Shown here: positions 1-10,850 of the stretch, piece after piece | How positions within the stretch are numbered: position 1 is the stretch's first letter | How the letters are laid out: each line of letters begins with the position of its first letter | Origin: a virus | Lineage: Duplodnaviria > Caudoviricetes | DNA: 64,000 nucleotides | Strand: one strand, 5' to 3' | IMG/VR virus record: IMGVR_UViG_2904196114_000002 | Position numbers and translations under genes: made by a program | The notes under the pieces: model-generated | Databases searched by the model: none | What the model was told of the DNA's origin: nothing | Seen by the model: only the letters and a program-made list of their open reading frames with translations

Positions 1-621
1 CACACCATTCATTCCTGCACCACCAAACCAGCCACCTCCACCGCCTTCGCCAGTTGAATCTTTAGCAGAACACCCTTTTCCAAAACTTCCGTTTTCTGTG
101 CTTACACGACCAATACCACCTTGATATTGAGTACCGCCGGGACGATGTCTGTCGTTAGCACTATACCCAGTACCTCCTGCTAATCCTCCTCCTGCACCAC
201 CAGTATAAGGAGAATATGAACCACCGCCACCACCTGCGACAATTATACGAGATAGCAAACCTTGCTCATTATCCCAAGCACCACCAACGAGCCTTATATC
301 AGTAGCACCACCACCGTACATAGAATAATAAGTACCCATAACCTGTTGATTTAAATAACCTTTACCACCGCCATTAAAACCACTTTTAGTGTTATTACTC
401 GTAGATGAAGAAGCAAAACCACTTTCGCCGACGTAAACATATAATGTAGTTTGTTTTTTTAATGTAATTTCACCTTTAGAATATCCGCCTTTAGCATCAG
501 TATGCCAAGAAGAATTGTTGATACCTCCAGAAGAACCCCAGCATTCAAATTTATATTTGCCAGGTTTCAATATAACACTTTGTGGCGAACCATTATAACC
601 AAAATTCCATTCAGTCTGCAT
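1..621 (-). CDS. Glycine-rich tail fibre / receptor-binding-type protein (runs off the left edge; missing from ORF track)
   Basis: ATG at 621 after RBS AGAGGAGAG; translates MQTEWNFGYNGSPQSVILKPGKYKFECWGSSGG...GGGATDIRL...IIVAGGGGG, the Gly-rich domain seen in C. difficile phage tail proteins; open to position 1. Confidence 0.8.
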   Translation of the reverse strand, partial: MQTEWNFGYNGSPQSVILKPGKYKFECWGSSGGINNSSWHTDAKGGYSKGEITLKKQTTLYVYVGESGFASSSTSNNTKSGFNGGGKGYLNQQVMGTYYSMYGGGATDIRLVGGAWDNEQGLLSRIIVAGGGGGSYSPYTGGAGGGLAGGTGYSANDRHRPGGTQYQGGIGRVSTENGSFGKGCSAKDSTGEGGGGGWFGGAGMNGV

Positions 622-637
622 TTTCTCACTCTCCTCT

Positions 638-1177
638 CTAACAATAAGTTATTAACTCATTTACACTAGTTGCAATATTAGATAAACCACCATTTACCTT
701 TTCTTCTAGATTAACAAATCTATCTTCGATTTTCTTAGACGAATAAGTAGTCATTTCAGATACTCTGTTATCATCTACAGTTGCATTAATAAAATGAGTT
801 TCTGCATTTCCATTTATCACATAAACGTTTAATTCTGACCTTGTTTCACTTCTAATTTCTATAGAATTATCATCTATAATTTTAAAATTTGTAACTACAT
901 TTTCTTTTGTAGTAGCATCTATAATATTTACAACTATTCTCTGTGTTAATAAACTATGTGTTACAGTTGCTTTGAATCCATTTTCTGCATCCTCAACCCA
1001 ATCGTCAATTGTTATTGTTTGAGTAGATGCCACATTAGAGCCACCCGCTATAAGTTGGTCGATTTTAGTATTTAACTCTGTTTTAGCAGTTTCTATATTT
1101 GTATTAACTTTTCCAATTTCACTATTAGTGTCACTAGGTACATTCTTTAATTTTTTTACTACGTCTTCATTTAACAA
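638..1177 (-). CDS. Tail fibre-associated protein
   Basis: 179 aa with RBS; shares the DW...HxL...IEI...NGN...TYSSxKI module with the C-terminal part of the baseplate protein at 6683-8752. Confidence 0.65.
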   Translation of the reverse strand: MLNEDVVKKLKNVPSDTNSEIGKVNTNIETAKTELNTKIDQLIAGGSNVASTQTITIDDWVEDAENGFKATVTHSLLTQRIVVNIIDATTKENVVTNFKIIDDNSIEIRSETRSELNVYVINGNAETHFINATVDDNRVSEMTTYSSKKIEDRFVNLEEKVNGGLSNIATSVNELITYC

Positions 1178-1256
1178 TTTATCACCTTCTTTTTTATTTA
1201 GAGAGCTACATTAGTAACTCTCTATTTTGAACATAAAAAAAAGAACTCTTATAGTT

Positions 1257-1580
1257 CTATGATAATGAAATCTCTAGTGCTTCACACATTTTTCTTACCT
1301 CTTCTCTATATTTCACAGGTACTTGGTCAATTGTTTTTAAACCTCTTTCTATTAATCCTACATAAATTGCTGCCATACTACTTCCTCCTTCATTTAATTT
1401 TATATTTTTTAATGACATAGTAGATGTCTGTTGACTACTTAATATCATTTCACATATTTCAGCAGTCGCTAACATTAAATCTGTTATGTCATTATCTTGC
1501 GTTTTTTGACTTGTATCCAAATTATTTATTTTTTGTTTTTGTTTGAGTTTTTCAATTTTTTCTTCATTTATATTTAACAT
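1257..1580 (-). CDS. Small tail-module protein (CD1375-like C-terminus)
   Basis: C-terminal IYVGLIERGLKTIDQVPVKYREEV motif, typical of small genes following fibre genes in Clostridial phages. Confidence 0.6.
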   Translation of the reverse strand: MLNINEEKIEKLKQKQKINNLDTSQKTQDNDITDLMLATAEICEMILSSQQTSTMSLKNIKLNEGGSSMAAIYVGLIERGLKTIDQVPVKYREEVRKMCEALEISLS

Positions 1581-1591
1581 TTAATCACCTC

Positions 1592-4500
1592 TTAAAGCGT
1601 AGTCTCATCTATAGAAAATATCATAGATGGTCTTTTTATTGCAGTCCAATTATCACCTTTTTCAACTATGATTTTAGGCTCTGCTTGTGTCATTCCTTTT
1701 TCTTCCAACTCATAAATTTCTTGATATCCTGTATCAACTTTTTTCATTTCTAATAAATTCATATCTTTATGCATACCTGTGTTATTTGTTTTAACTTGAA
1801 CCTTTAGTTGATTTATAAGTTGATAAATTATATCTCCTACGCTTATATTATCTTCTAATGCTCTATCTAATGTTATTACAAGCTTACCATCTGCACTATT
1901 TGTTAAAGAATTTATGTTATACTTTTTATTCTTAATAAATAGATTAGCCCCTTCTGAAATATTTATAGAATTATTCTCTTTATTAATTGTTGCTCCTAGA
2001 TACATATTATCTCCAAATAAAGTATTAGCTTTAAAGTATATATTATTTATACCAAGATTCAATTTTTCAAGCGGAATAGTGAACAGCACAAAATTATTGA
2101 TAAATTCATTCTTTGAATGTATTAATTCATTGTTTAAATACATTTCAATTTTATCAATTTCATTATTTGAATCATTAACTTTTAATTTTATACCAGCTAT
2201 AGTTTTTTCAGCTAATTCTATAGATGGTTTTGTTGTAGGTACTTGGTAATTCATAAATAAAGTTTCATCTCTTCCAGCATCTAAATAAACTAAATCATTA
2301 TTAAATTCTTCTGGTATTTGAACTTTATTAAATATATATGGATTATTAGATTTCATATTATAACAATCTCTTATTTTGCCACATATCCATAAAGATTTAT
2401 CTAACTTTCTAAAAGATATATAATCTCCACCTATCTCTACATCTTCTACATCTACATCTAGTTTAGTAAATGTTTTTATTATAGTATTTGCAGAAGCTTC
2501 ACCTAATCCAAAATTACTAAATCTATTCAATCCTTGACCCCATACAGAATTATCATTTAATAATACTAAAGTAAACTTATCATCACACATTACTTTCTTT
2601 ACATTAGATATATTTACTCTTTGTAATCCATTTACCTCATTATTATGACCTAGCCCTAGTTGGTATTCTGAATTTAATCCTGTTGAATACAAAGTACCAT
2701 CATTTTTCAGAAAATATGAGAATCCAACGCCACATGAAGCTTGTCTTATATCTGCAAAATTTAGTTTAGTAAAGCTTGTCAACGAAGTTGTTGTTCTTGG
2801 ATTTAATAATTGACCATATATATTCTCTCCACATCCAAATAACTCTCCACTTGTATTTACAATCAATGAATGAGTCTTTGACATCCAAAATTCTTTTATG
2901 TTATCTTGTAATTCTATTCTATCATTATCTATATCATAATTTTCTTTATATACAGAGCCTAAAACGCTTTTATAATTTATATCACTTCGTGATGGTATTA
3001 TATATTTGTTATTTATCAGATTAAAATTATTGTTTAATATATAATTATTCAAAGTGTCAAATCTATAAAGGTAATGTCCTTCTATTTTAGTAATTTCATT
3101 TACAGAACCATCACTTACTCCTAAACCAAGTTGCCCATAACCATTATATCCTACACTGAAAATAGCACCATCATTTTTAATTACAAAAGTAACAGAATCG
3201 CTACAAGCAATTTCTTTTATATTATCTATATCAACTTTTGTAAATGTAGTTCTCTGTGTATTATCACCTAAACAAAGTTGACTATAAGAATTATTTCCTG
3301 TACTCCAAATACTCCCATCTTCTTTTAATATAAATGTATGATTACTAGCACATATGACTTCTTTAACATTATCTATATTAACTTTAGTAAATACATTTCT
3401 ATTAGTAGTATCACCTAAACCTAATTGACCACTATAGTTAAATCCACATGAATATAAAGTTCCATCATTCTTGATTATAAAGGTGTATGCCTGTCCACAA
3501 GCAATCTTTTTAACATTATCAATATCAACCTTTGTAAATATATTTCTTTGTGCAATATCACCTAAGCCTAACTCTCCATAACTATTATTTCCTGTACTCC
3601 AAATACTCCCATCTTCTTTTTGTATAAATGTTTGATTATTTCCACATATAATTTCTTTTACATTATCAATATCAACTTTAGTAAACACATTTCTATTAGT
3701 AGTATCGCCCAAACCTAATTGACCATTAGAATTAAGACCTGTACTCCACACAGTATTGTCATTTTTTAATATAACTGTTTGGTTCCAGCCACATATAACT
3801 TTTTTCACATTATCAATATCAACTTTAGTAAACACATTTCTATTAGTAGTATCACCTAAACCTAATTGACCATTAGAATTATTACCACTATTCCATACAG
3901 TCCCATCATTTTTCAATACAACCACATGCATTTTCCCACATACAACATCTTTTATATTTTCCACATTCATTCTAGTAAATACTCTTTTGCCAGCAGTATC
4001 ACCTAAACCTAATTGACCATAGGAACTACTACCACTACCCCATAAAGTATTGTCATTCTTTAATATGAAAGAAGTATCTCCTAATACGATTTTATAATTG
4101 TTTGCATATTCTGTGAAATTATTTTTTAGTTCTATATTAACTTTAGTAAATACATTTCTATTAGTAGTATCACCTAAACCTAATTGACCACTAGTATTCA
4201 TCCCACATGAGTATAAAGTTCCATCATTTTTTAGTAGAAATGTAGAATCACCACTAGATATTCCATTTTTAATATTTTCAATATTAATCTTAGTAAATAT
4301 TAACTTATCAAAATTATCACCTAAACCCAACTGTCCATAATTATTTAGACCACATGCCCATACTGTATTATCATTTTTAATTATAAATGTGTGATACATA
4401 CCACATATAATTTCTTTTACATTATCAATACCAACCTTAGTGAATACATTTCTTTGTGTAGTATCACCTAATCCTAATTGTCCTTTGCTGTTTTCACCTA

Positions 4501-6667
4501 CACACCATACTGTATTATCATTTTTGATTATAAATGTGTAATACATACCACATATAAATTTTTTAACATTATCAATATCAACCTTTGTAAATACATTTCT
4601 ATTAGTAGCATCACCTAAACCCAACTGTCCATAATTATTTAGACCACATGCCCATACTGTATTATCATTTTTAATTATAAATGTGTGATACATACCACAT
4701 ATAATTTCTTTTACATTATCAATACCAACCTTAGTGAATACATTTCTTTGTGTAGTATCACCTAATCCTAATTGTCCTTTGCTGTTTTCACCTACACACC
4801 ATACTGTATTATCATTTTTGATTATAAATGTGTAATACATACCACATATAAATTTTTTAACATTATCAATATCAACCTTTGTAAATACATTTCTATTAGT
4901 AGCATCACCTAAACCCAACTGTCCATAATTATTTAGACCACATGCCCATACTGTATTATCATTTTTAATTATAAATGTGTGATACATACCACATATAATT
5001 TCTTTTACATTATCTATATTAACTTTAGTAAACACTTTTCTATGTGTATTATCTCCTAAGCCTAAAGCCCCATGTTCATTATAACCAGTTACCCAAATAG
5101 TATCATCATTTTTAATTACATATGTACAGTTGTTACATACAACCTTTTTCACATTATTAATATCAAGCCTAGTAAATGTATTCCTATGAGAATTATCTCC
5201 TAAACCAAGTTCTCCATTATTATTTTGACCTGTACCCCATACACTTCCATCACTTTTTATTATAAATACATGATTATTTCCACATATAATTTCTTTTACA
5301 TTATCTATATTAACTCTTGTAAATACATTTCTATGTGTATTATCTCCTAAGCCTAATTGACCATTTCCATTGTTTCCTGCTCCCCATATAGTCCCATCAT
5401 TTTTTAAAATATACGTAAAATTACGACCACAAACTATTTTATCATTTCTATTTATTAGTAAATATTCACCATTGTCTTTTAATAAATATGTATCTCCATT
5501 TAAATTTACACTTTTACTAAATCCTATGTAGTCATTATTTTTATACTCTGTAAAAGTAGTAAAGTTATCTGAATTATTAAGAAAATGTTGACAACCTAAT
5601 TGCCCAAAATTATTAGAACCAGCAAATAATAGTTTATTATCTTCCTTCATTATAAAAGTATGAGTATTACCAGAGAATATTTTTTTTACATTATCTACAT
5701 TCACTTTAGTAAATATTTTTTTATCTACTTTATCACCTAGTCCCAATTGTCCAAAATAATTGTAACCAGTAGATAAAACTGAGCCATCAGTCAATATTAT
5801 AAATATACCTTGATATGAACATGTAACATCTTTAACATTATCTATATTAACTTTAGTAAATGTATTTCTATTAGTAGTATCACCTAATCCTAATTGTCCT
5901 TTGTTGTTTTCACCTACACACCATAAAGTATTGTCATTTTTTAATACAAATGTAGTTGTTCCACCACATGCAATTTTTTTAACATTATCAATATCAACCT
6001 TTGTAAATGTATTTCTATTAACTTTATCACTAAAACCTAATTGTCCATAATTATTTAAACCACACGACCAGATACTTCCATCATTTTTAATTATGAATGT
6101 ATGAGAACTTCCGCATATAATTTCTTTTATATTATCAATATTAACCTTTGTAAATACATCCTTATCATTAGTATCACCTAAACCTAATTGACCACTAGTA
6201 TTCATCCCACATGAGTATAAAGTTCCATCATTTTTAATTATGAATGTGTGAAGTCCACCACATATGACATCCTTAACATTATCTATATTAACTTTAGTAA
6301 ATGTATTTCTATTAGTAGTATCACCTAAACCTAAAGCCCCACGCTCATTCAGCCCACACGAATATATTGTACCATCATTTTTTAATATAAATGTATTATG
6401 GCTATAAGAACTAATTTTTTTAACATTATCTATATTAACTTTAGTAAATACATTTCTATTAGTAGTATCACCTAAACCTAATTGACCATAAACATTATAA
6501 CCACACGCCCAGATACTTCTGTCTATCTTTATACCGAAAGTATAACCACTACCTGGACTTATTACTATATCTACAAAATCATAATTATCAAAATCTTTGT
6601 TAAATTCATCAAAGTATATATCTGTATCTAAATATCTTCCACGTTGTAAGATTTTATTTTCTTTCAT
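1592..6667 (-). CDS. RCC1/BLIP-II repeat beta-propeller protein, putative tail-associated adhesin
   Basis: 1691 aa with more than 20 repeats of ~49 aa (CG..HTFIIKNDG.vW.cG.N..GQLGLGD...RNVFTKV.IDNVK); lies in the tail-tip module. Confidence 0.9.
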   Translation of the reverse strand: MKENKILQRGRYLDTDIYFDEFNKDFDNYDFVDIVISPGSGYTFGIKIDRSIWACGYNVYGQLGLGDTTNRNVFTKVNIDNVKKISSYSHNTFILKNDGTIYSCGLNERGALGLGDTTNRNTFTKVNIDNVKDVICGGLHTFIIKNDGTLYSCGMNTSGQLGLGDTNDKDVFTKVNIDNIKEIICGSSHTFIIKNDGSIWSCGLNNYGQLGFSDKVNRNTFTKVDIDNVKKIACGGTTTFVLKNDNTLWCVGENNKGQLGLGDTTNRNTFTKVNIDNVKDVTCSYQGIFIILTDGSVLSTGYNYFGQLGLGDKVDKKIFTKVNVDNVKKIFSGNTHTFIMKEDNKLLFAGSNNFGQLGCQHFLNNSDNFTTFTEYKNNDYIGFSKSVNLNGDTYLLKDNGEYLLINRNDKIVCGRNFTYILKNDGTIWGAGNNGNGQLGLGDNTHRNVFTRVNIDNVKEIICGNNHVFIIKSDGSVWGTGQNNNGELGLGDNSHRNTFTRLDINNVKKVVCNNCTYVIKNDDTIWVTGYNEHGALGLGDNTHRKVFTKVNIDNVKEIICGMYHTFIIKNDNTVWACGLNNYGQLGLGDATNRNVFTKVDIDNVKKFICGMYYTFIIKNDNTVWCVGENSKGQLGLGDTTQRNVFTKVGIDNVKEIICGMYHTFIIKNDNTVWACGLNNYGQLGLGDATNRNVFTKVDIDNVKKFICGMYYTFIIKNDNTVWCVGENSKGQLGLGDTTQRNVFTKVGIDNVKEIICGMYHTFIIKNDNTVWACGLNNYGQLGLGDNFDKLIFTKINIENIKNGISSGDSTFLLKNDGTLYSCGMNTSGQLGLGDTTNRNVFTKVNIELKNNFTEYANNYKIVLGDTSFILKNDNTLWGSGSSSYGQLGLGDTAGKRVFTRMNVENIKDVVCGKMHVVVLKNDGTVWNSGNNSNGQLGLGDTTNRNVFTKVDIDNVKKVICGWNQTVILKNDNTVWSTGLNSNGQLGLGDTTNRNVFTKVDIDNVKEIICGNNQTFIQKEDGSIWSTGNNSYGELGLGDIAQRNIFTKVDIDNVKKIACGQAYTFIIKNDGTLYSCGFNYSGQLGLGDTTNRNVFTKVNIDNVKEVICASNHTFILKEDGSIWSTGNNSYSQLCLGDNTQRTTFTKVDIDNIKEIACSDSVTFVIKNDGAIFSVGYNGYGQLGLGVSDGSVNEITKIEGHYLYRFDTLNNYILNNNFNLINNKYIIPSRSDINYKSVLGSVYKENYDIDNDRIELQDNIKEFWMSKTHSLIVNTSGELFGCGENIYGQLLNPRTTTSLTSFTKLNFADIRQASCGVGFSYFLKNDGTLYSTGLNSEYQLGLGHNNEVNGLQRVNISNVKKVMCDDKFTLVLLNDNSVWGQGLNRFSNFGLGEASANTIIKTFTKLDVDVEDVEIGGDYISFRKLDKSLWICGKIRDCYNMKSNNPYIFNKVQIPEEFNNDLVYLDAGRDETLFMNYQVPTTKPSIELAEKTIAGIKLKVNDSNNEIDKIEMYLNNELIHSKNEFINNFVLFTIPLEKLNLGINNIYFKANTLFGDNMYLGATINKENNSINISEGANLFIKNKKYNINSLTNSADGKLVITLDRALEDNISVGDIIYQLINQLKVQVKTNNTGMHKDMNLLEMKKVDTGYQEIYELEEKGMTQAEPKIIVEKGDNWTAIKRPSMIFSIDETTL
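4316..5014. repeat. Perfect intragenic tandem duplication, period 294 bp (two RCC1 blades)
   Basis: TCACCTAAACCCAACTGTCC starts at 4317, 4611 and 4905; the same 98-aa block is repeated in the protein. Confidence 0.9.
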
Positions 6668-6682
6668 TAAATCATTCCTTTC

Positions 6683-8752
6683 CTATTTAACTTCATAAGA
6701 AAATTTTTCAAGTTCTATACTATTAGCTCCAGCATTTGTACTTGTGTTTGAAATGGTCTCTATAAAGTTATCATCTAATTCATGTATGTATTTCACTTTA
6801 TAACAAGAAAAAGGAATGTCTATTTTATTAAAAATAACATTCCCTTCACTACCAAATATTCTTCTTCTGTCTGTGTCTAATCTTAGACCTTCAATTGATA
6901 AAATACCTTTTGAATCAGTTAAATTATCATACCATTGACCTACTTCATCCACTGCACCAGATTCTAATTCTAAATAAATTAATATATCTAAGACTTTATC
7001 AGATAGAGCATCATACTTGGCTTTTAAACTATCTAATTGTTGTCCTAAATTTCCACCCTCTTGCAAAACTTTAACACTAGCATCTAATTCATTTACTGCA
7101 TCTGATATATTTTTAGATACTGTACTTAATTCACTCGAACCAAGTTTAGTTTGCATTAAATTTATCTTCTCTAAATTAGTAGCTATATTACTTTTATTTT
7201 CATTTATCTTAGTTAGACTCTCATCAAATTTTGCATCAATTTTAACACTAGAGTAAGTACTATCTAGTGTTGTTATATTATCATTTATTGTAGCTTGTAT
7301 AACTTCTTTATTTGTATTACCATTTACAACAGTTACTTTTACATCTATGTTACTTTCATTAAATATTTCTATCGTATTAGAATCTACTATAGTATAAGAA
7401 TTAGTCATACTTTTCTTAGTTGCTTCATCTAATATTGCTACAAATATATTTTCTGTAACTAAATTATGATTAACTATAAGTTTAAAATATTCTCCATCAG
7501 CAACCCAATCCGATTCAACATAAGATTTACTAAAAGCTACATTAGTTGCAGCAGAAGTCATCTCAGCAATTTTCTCATTAACTTTCTCAAAATCATATGT
7601 TAATCTATCCTTTAAAGTGTCCTTTACATTTCCATCAATAGTTTCTCTAGCTTGTATTAACTCGCCTCTAGCATCAAGACTTTCTAATTCACTAAATCTA
7701 TTTTCAAATTCAGTTATTTTGTTAGATACAGTTGTTGTCATATCTGTCTTAGCAGTATTTACTTCAACTATTTTGTCATCTATTTCTTTTATCTTTGTAT
7801 CTAATTTTGTAGTACTTTCATCAATACAATCTTCTACATTAGATATAGCTTGATTTACTTCATCAAGTTTATAATCAATTTGTTCTTGGTTGTCTGTAAG
7901 TTTATCTTCAAATGTCTTATCATATAAATCAAAAATATTATTAGCTCTAGTATCTAAGTCCTGAAATTTCTTATCTGTTTGAGCTTGGACATCAAGCATT
8001 TTATCATCAACAATATTGTCTATTTCTTCAGACTTGGCATCTATCATTTCATCTAATTGGAGTTGACAATCAGTAAGTTTATCATCAACTTGGATTTGCA
8101 TATTCTGAATGGATTCTTCACGATTTGCTTCTTGGTTTTGACGTGTTAACTCATTAAACTCTCTTTCTTCTTCTTGTATGTTTCTTATATCTTCATTATA
8201 AATCCTAATCTGCTCTGCTTTATCCCTAACTTCTTCATTTCCTAAGATAGTTATTTCAAGTTGTTCAACTCTTTTAGTTAACTCTTTATTGTTTTTTATA
8301 ATCTCTTCTGCTTGGGCTATTATTACCAATAATACTCCATATTCATCAGTTGAGGTGATATCATCATCATTAATCATACCCTCTTCAACTCTATAATAAA
8401 GATTTGTAGTATTAAGTAGAGTTCCCTCTTTCACAAGGGATAGTTGAAATGTATTTATACCAACACTTGCAAGTGCTTGTCGACTAAGTTCTATCTCTAC
8501 AACACCATTTTCTGCATCTACAACTTCACATTCACCATTAACCTTTTGTCCATCACTTTTTGTAATGCTAACTAAAACTCTATCATATTCAGATAAATCT
8601 ATTATTTCATCTTTATTTTTCAATATTGCTTCAATATAAGCTGTTTTAACATCATTTTCATTATAAATAAAATAGTCTAGTAACCTTTTATTTATTCTAT
8701 AATTACTAAAATCTACTTCTATGGTATGATTCTTTATTTCATAATTTTTCAA
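6683..8752 (-). CDS. BppU-like upper baseplate protein with coiled-coil stalk
   Basis: N-terminal YNENDVKTAYIEAIL...ITKSDG...DAENGVVEIELSRQAL (BppU/DUF2479-like), followed by a long coiled coil. Confidence 0.75.
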   Translation of the reverse strand: MKNYEIKNHTIEVDFSNYRINKRLLDYFIYNENDVKTAYIEAILKNKDEIIDLSEYDRVLVSITKSDGQKVNGECEVVDAENGVVEIELSRQALASVGINTFQLSLVKEGTLLNTTNLYYRVEEGMINDDDITSTDEYGVLLVIIAQAEEIIKNNKELTKRVEQLEITILGNEEVRDKAEQIRIYNEDIRNIQEEEREFNELTRQNQEANREESIQNMQIQVDDKLTDCQLQLDEMIDAKSEEIDNIVDDKMLDVQAQTDKKFQDLDTRANNIFDLYDKTFEDKLTDNQEQIDYKLDEVNQAISNVEDCIDESTTKLDTKIKEIDDKIVEVNTAKTDMTTTVSNKITEFENRFSELESLDARGELIQARETIDGNVKDTLKDRLTYDFEKVNEKIAEMTSAATNVAFSKSYVESDWVADGEYFKLIVNHNLVTENIFVAILDEATKKSMTNSYTIVDSNTIEIFNESNIDVKVTVVNGNTNKEVIQATINDNITTLDSTYSSVKIDAKFDESLTKINENKSNIATNLEKINLMQTKLGSSELSTVSKNISDAVNELDASVKVLQEGGNLGQQLDSLKAKYDALSDKVLDILIYLELESGAVDEVGQWYDNLTDSKGILSIEGLRLDTDRRRIFGSEGNVIFNKIDIPFSCYKVKYIHELDDNFIETISNTSTNAGANSIELEKFSYEVK

Positions 8753-8763
8753 AGTATCACATC

Positions 8764-8919
8764 CTATTGTTCTTTATTTTGTTCTTCTAGTTCTTTTTTC
8801 AAGTTCTCAATTTCTTCTTGTTGTTGCATGTTAAGTGCTTTATAAAGTATTAGTTCATTATATAAACTTTTTATCTCTTCAAATGCTACTGTATATGCTT
8901 TTTGTAAATTTACTTCCAT
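8764..8919 (-). CDS. 51-aa coiled-coil protein (missing from ORF track)
   Basis: MEVNLQKAYTVAFEEIKSLYNELILYKALNMQQQEEIENLKKELEEQNKEQ; RBS AGGAGG lies in the end of the upstream gene; fills the intergenic gap exactly. Confidence 0.75.
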   Translation of the reverse strand: MEVNLQKAYTVAFEEIKSLYNELILYKALNMQQQEEIENLKKELEEQNKEQ

Positions 8920-8920
8920 A

Positions 8921-10849
8921 TTAATATCCTCCTAAATTATTAATTTTCTCATTTAATTCACTAACTATCATTTCCAATTCTTCTCTTTTTTGTATTTCCT
9001 CTTGAAGTGCAGTTGCTACAACAGTTGTATAACCAGATGGGCTAAACATTAATCCATTTTCTTCTCCATAATCATATAGAAATGTTTTTCCAACATAACT
9101 ATCTTTAAAATCATTAGCTATAAACCCTATTTGACTATCTGCAATTGTTCTATCTTTTTCTGCTGATACAATATAATCAAATGTTGCTGGTTTAAATTCA
9201 TCTTTTATAAAATCTAAAAATGGTGTTGGCGTTATACTTGAACGAGTTCTATTCTTAATATCTTTTATGTATACTATATTCTCTTTAAACTTTTTGTCAG
9301 ATTCACTTAGAGTAGAACGTGAATATAAATACCTCCATTTATAATCATCACAACCTAAATCAGTTGATGAACGCTCTGGATAAAATGAATATCCTATACC
9401 TAAACTATCTCCATTTGTAAATGTAAATGTAGCTCCTCCACATCTTACAAAAGTATCATCTCTTTCAACAATAAAGTGTTCTTCTCCATCAACATAAATC
9501 TCAGCAGTATCATATCCTACCCAAAAATAATTATTGCTATCATATTTTAATCTTATAGCTGATGCTTGACTAGAACCATCAGACCTTCTTGCATCTATTG
9601 CAAATCCAGACCTGCTACTTCCAAATAATCTGATTATTGGTTCATGGCCAGATGGAGTAGTTAATATATCACATGCTATAGCTCCTTGATTTACTGTTAG
9701 ACCACTCCTGCTTATCTCTACATAATTTGATATATCATTAAATCCAAATTCAATTTTATCAGGTTTAATTCCTACAATTGAACCACTTCCATTTCTTGTA
9801 ACTATCATTGTTATATCGTCTTTGGTTAATTTAATTTCAGCAGCATTAGTTTTAGTCACACCATCTACTCTAGCCACTTCTAATTTTATCTCTTTAGCTG
9901 TAGCATTTATTTGAGAAAATTCTTCTGATATACTTCCACCCATACCTGTTATATAAATTCTATCCACTGTATTTTTAAGTTCATTTATCTTTAAGTTATA
10001 TTGAGCATTTGCATTTATAGCTAAAATTCTGTCTGAAGGTGTAATTATACTATCTGAAATAACTGAATTGATTATAGAGTTTAGATTGGTACTTGCTGTA
10101 TCCAATGCTGTTTTTGAAGTGTTTATTGCAACTAAGTCTACTCCAGTAGTTTTATCAATAAGTTTTTGTAACTCTGCATATAAACTCGCTTTATCTGTAT
10201 CTAATAAATTAAGTTCAATATCAATCTTTTCTTTTTCTTCATCTGTAATCTCATTATCATTAAAATAATTAGACATATTAGAACTAAATGTACCTAAATC
10301 TGCATTTAACTTAATTATAGCTTTATTTATATTTTCTCTTAAGGTTATATTTTCTTGTGACTGACCAAAATTTTTAGTAACTTCTTTTACTAATATATTT
10401 ACATTTTCAGCTCTTTGGTCTATAAGAGACATATTTTCTTTTATATGAGATGCATCTTCTTGTACTTCTAAAACTGTTTGATGTATTCCATCTATATCTT
10501 TTTCAATAACTACAAACTTTTCATTATGCTTTTTATCAGTCTCATATAATCCCCAAATCTGTTCTTCTGTATTTTTTCTTGAATTACCATCAAATGAAAT
10601 ATCAAAAATAGAAGAATTTATAGGAACTTCTGTGTGTTTTCCATTGTCATTTACAACTACTAAAAATTGTGTGTTTCCCTCTGGTAATCTTACATTAGAA
10701 ACTTTTAATGTTCCTGGATTATCAGCATCCCAGTATATATATTTTTTATTTGTCTCTGTATCTACTACTTGATAAAGTGTATTATTGTAGGTAACAATTA
10801 CTCCAGTAATTCTAATCCATGAATCTGCTGGTGAATTATCTAATATCAA
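8921..10849 (-). CDS. Tail spike/fibre with C-terminal intramolecular chaperone (peptidase S74-like)
   Basis: C-terminal SDKKFKENI...GFIANDF followed by a coiled coil, typical of autocleaving chaperone domains. Confidence 0.75.
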   Translation of the reverse strand: MILDNSPADSWIRITGVIVTYNNTLYQVVDTETNKKYIYWDADNPGTLKVSNVRLPEGNTQFLVVVNDNGKHTEVPINSSIFDISFDGNSRKNTEEQIWGLYETDKKHNEKFVVIEKDIDGIHQTVLEVQEDASHIKENMSLIDQRAENVNILVKEVTKNFGQSQENITLRENINKAIIKLNADLGTFSSNMSNYFNDNEITDEEKEKIDIELNLLDTDKASLYAELQKLIDKTTGVDLVAINTSKTALDTASTNLNSIINSVISDSIITPSDRILAINANAQYNLKINELKNTVDRIYITGMGGSISEEFSQINATAKEIKLEVARVDGVTKTNAAEIKLTKDDITMIVTRNGSGSIVGIKPDKIEFGFNDISNYVEISRSGLTVNQGAIACDILTTPSGHEPIIRLFGSSRSGFAIDARRSDGSSQASAIRLKYDSNNYFWVGYDTAEIYVDGEEHFIVERDDTFVRCGGATFTFTNGDSLGIGYSFYPERSSTDLGCDDYKWRYLYSRSTLSESDKKFKENIVYIKDIKNRTRSSITPTPFLDFIKDEFKPATFDYIVSAEKDRTIADSQIGFIANDFKDSYVGKTFLYDYGEENGLMFSPSGYTTVVATALQEEIQKREELEMIVSELNEKINNLGGY

Positions 10850-10850
10850 T

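Noticed and set aside
1592-6667. Regular ~147-bp repeats as a CRISPR array or DGR
   Set aside because: The repeats are in-frame RCC1 coding units with no unique spacers; no reverse transcriptase or adenine-specific TR/VR pair was seen.
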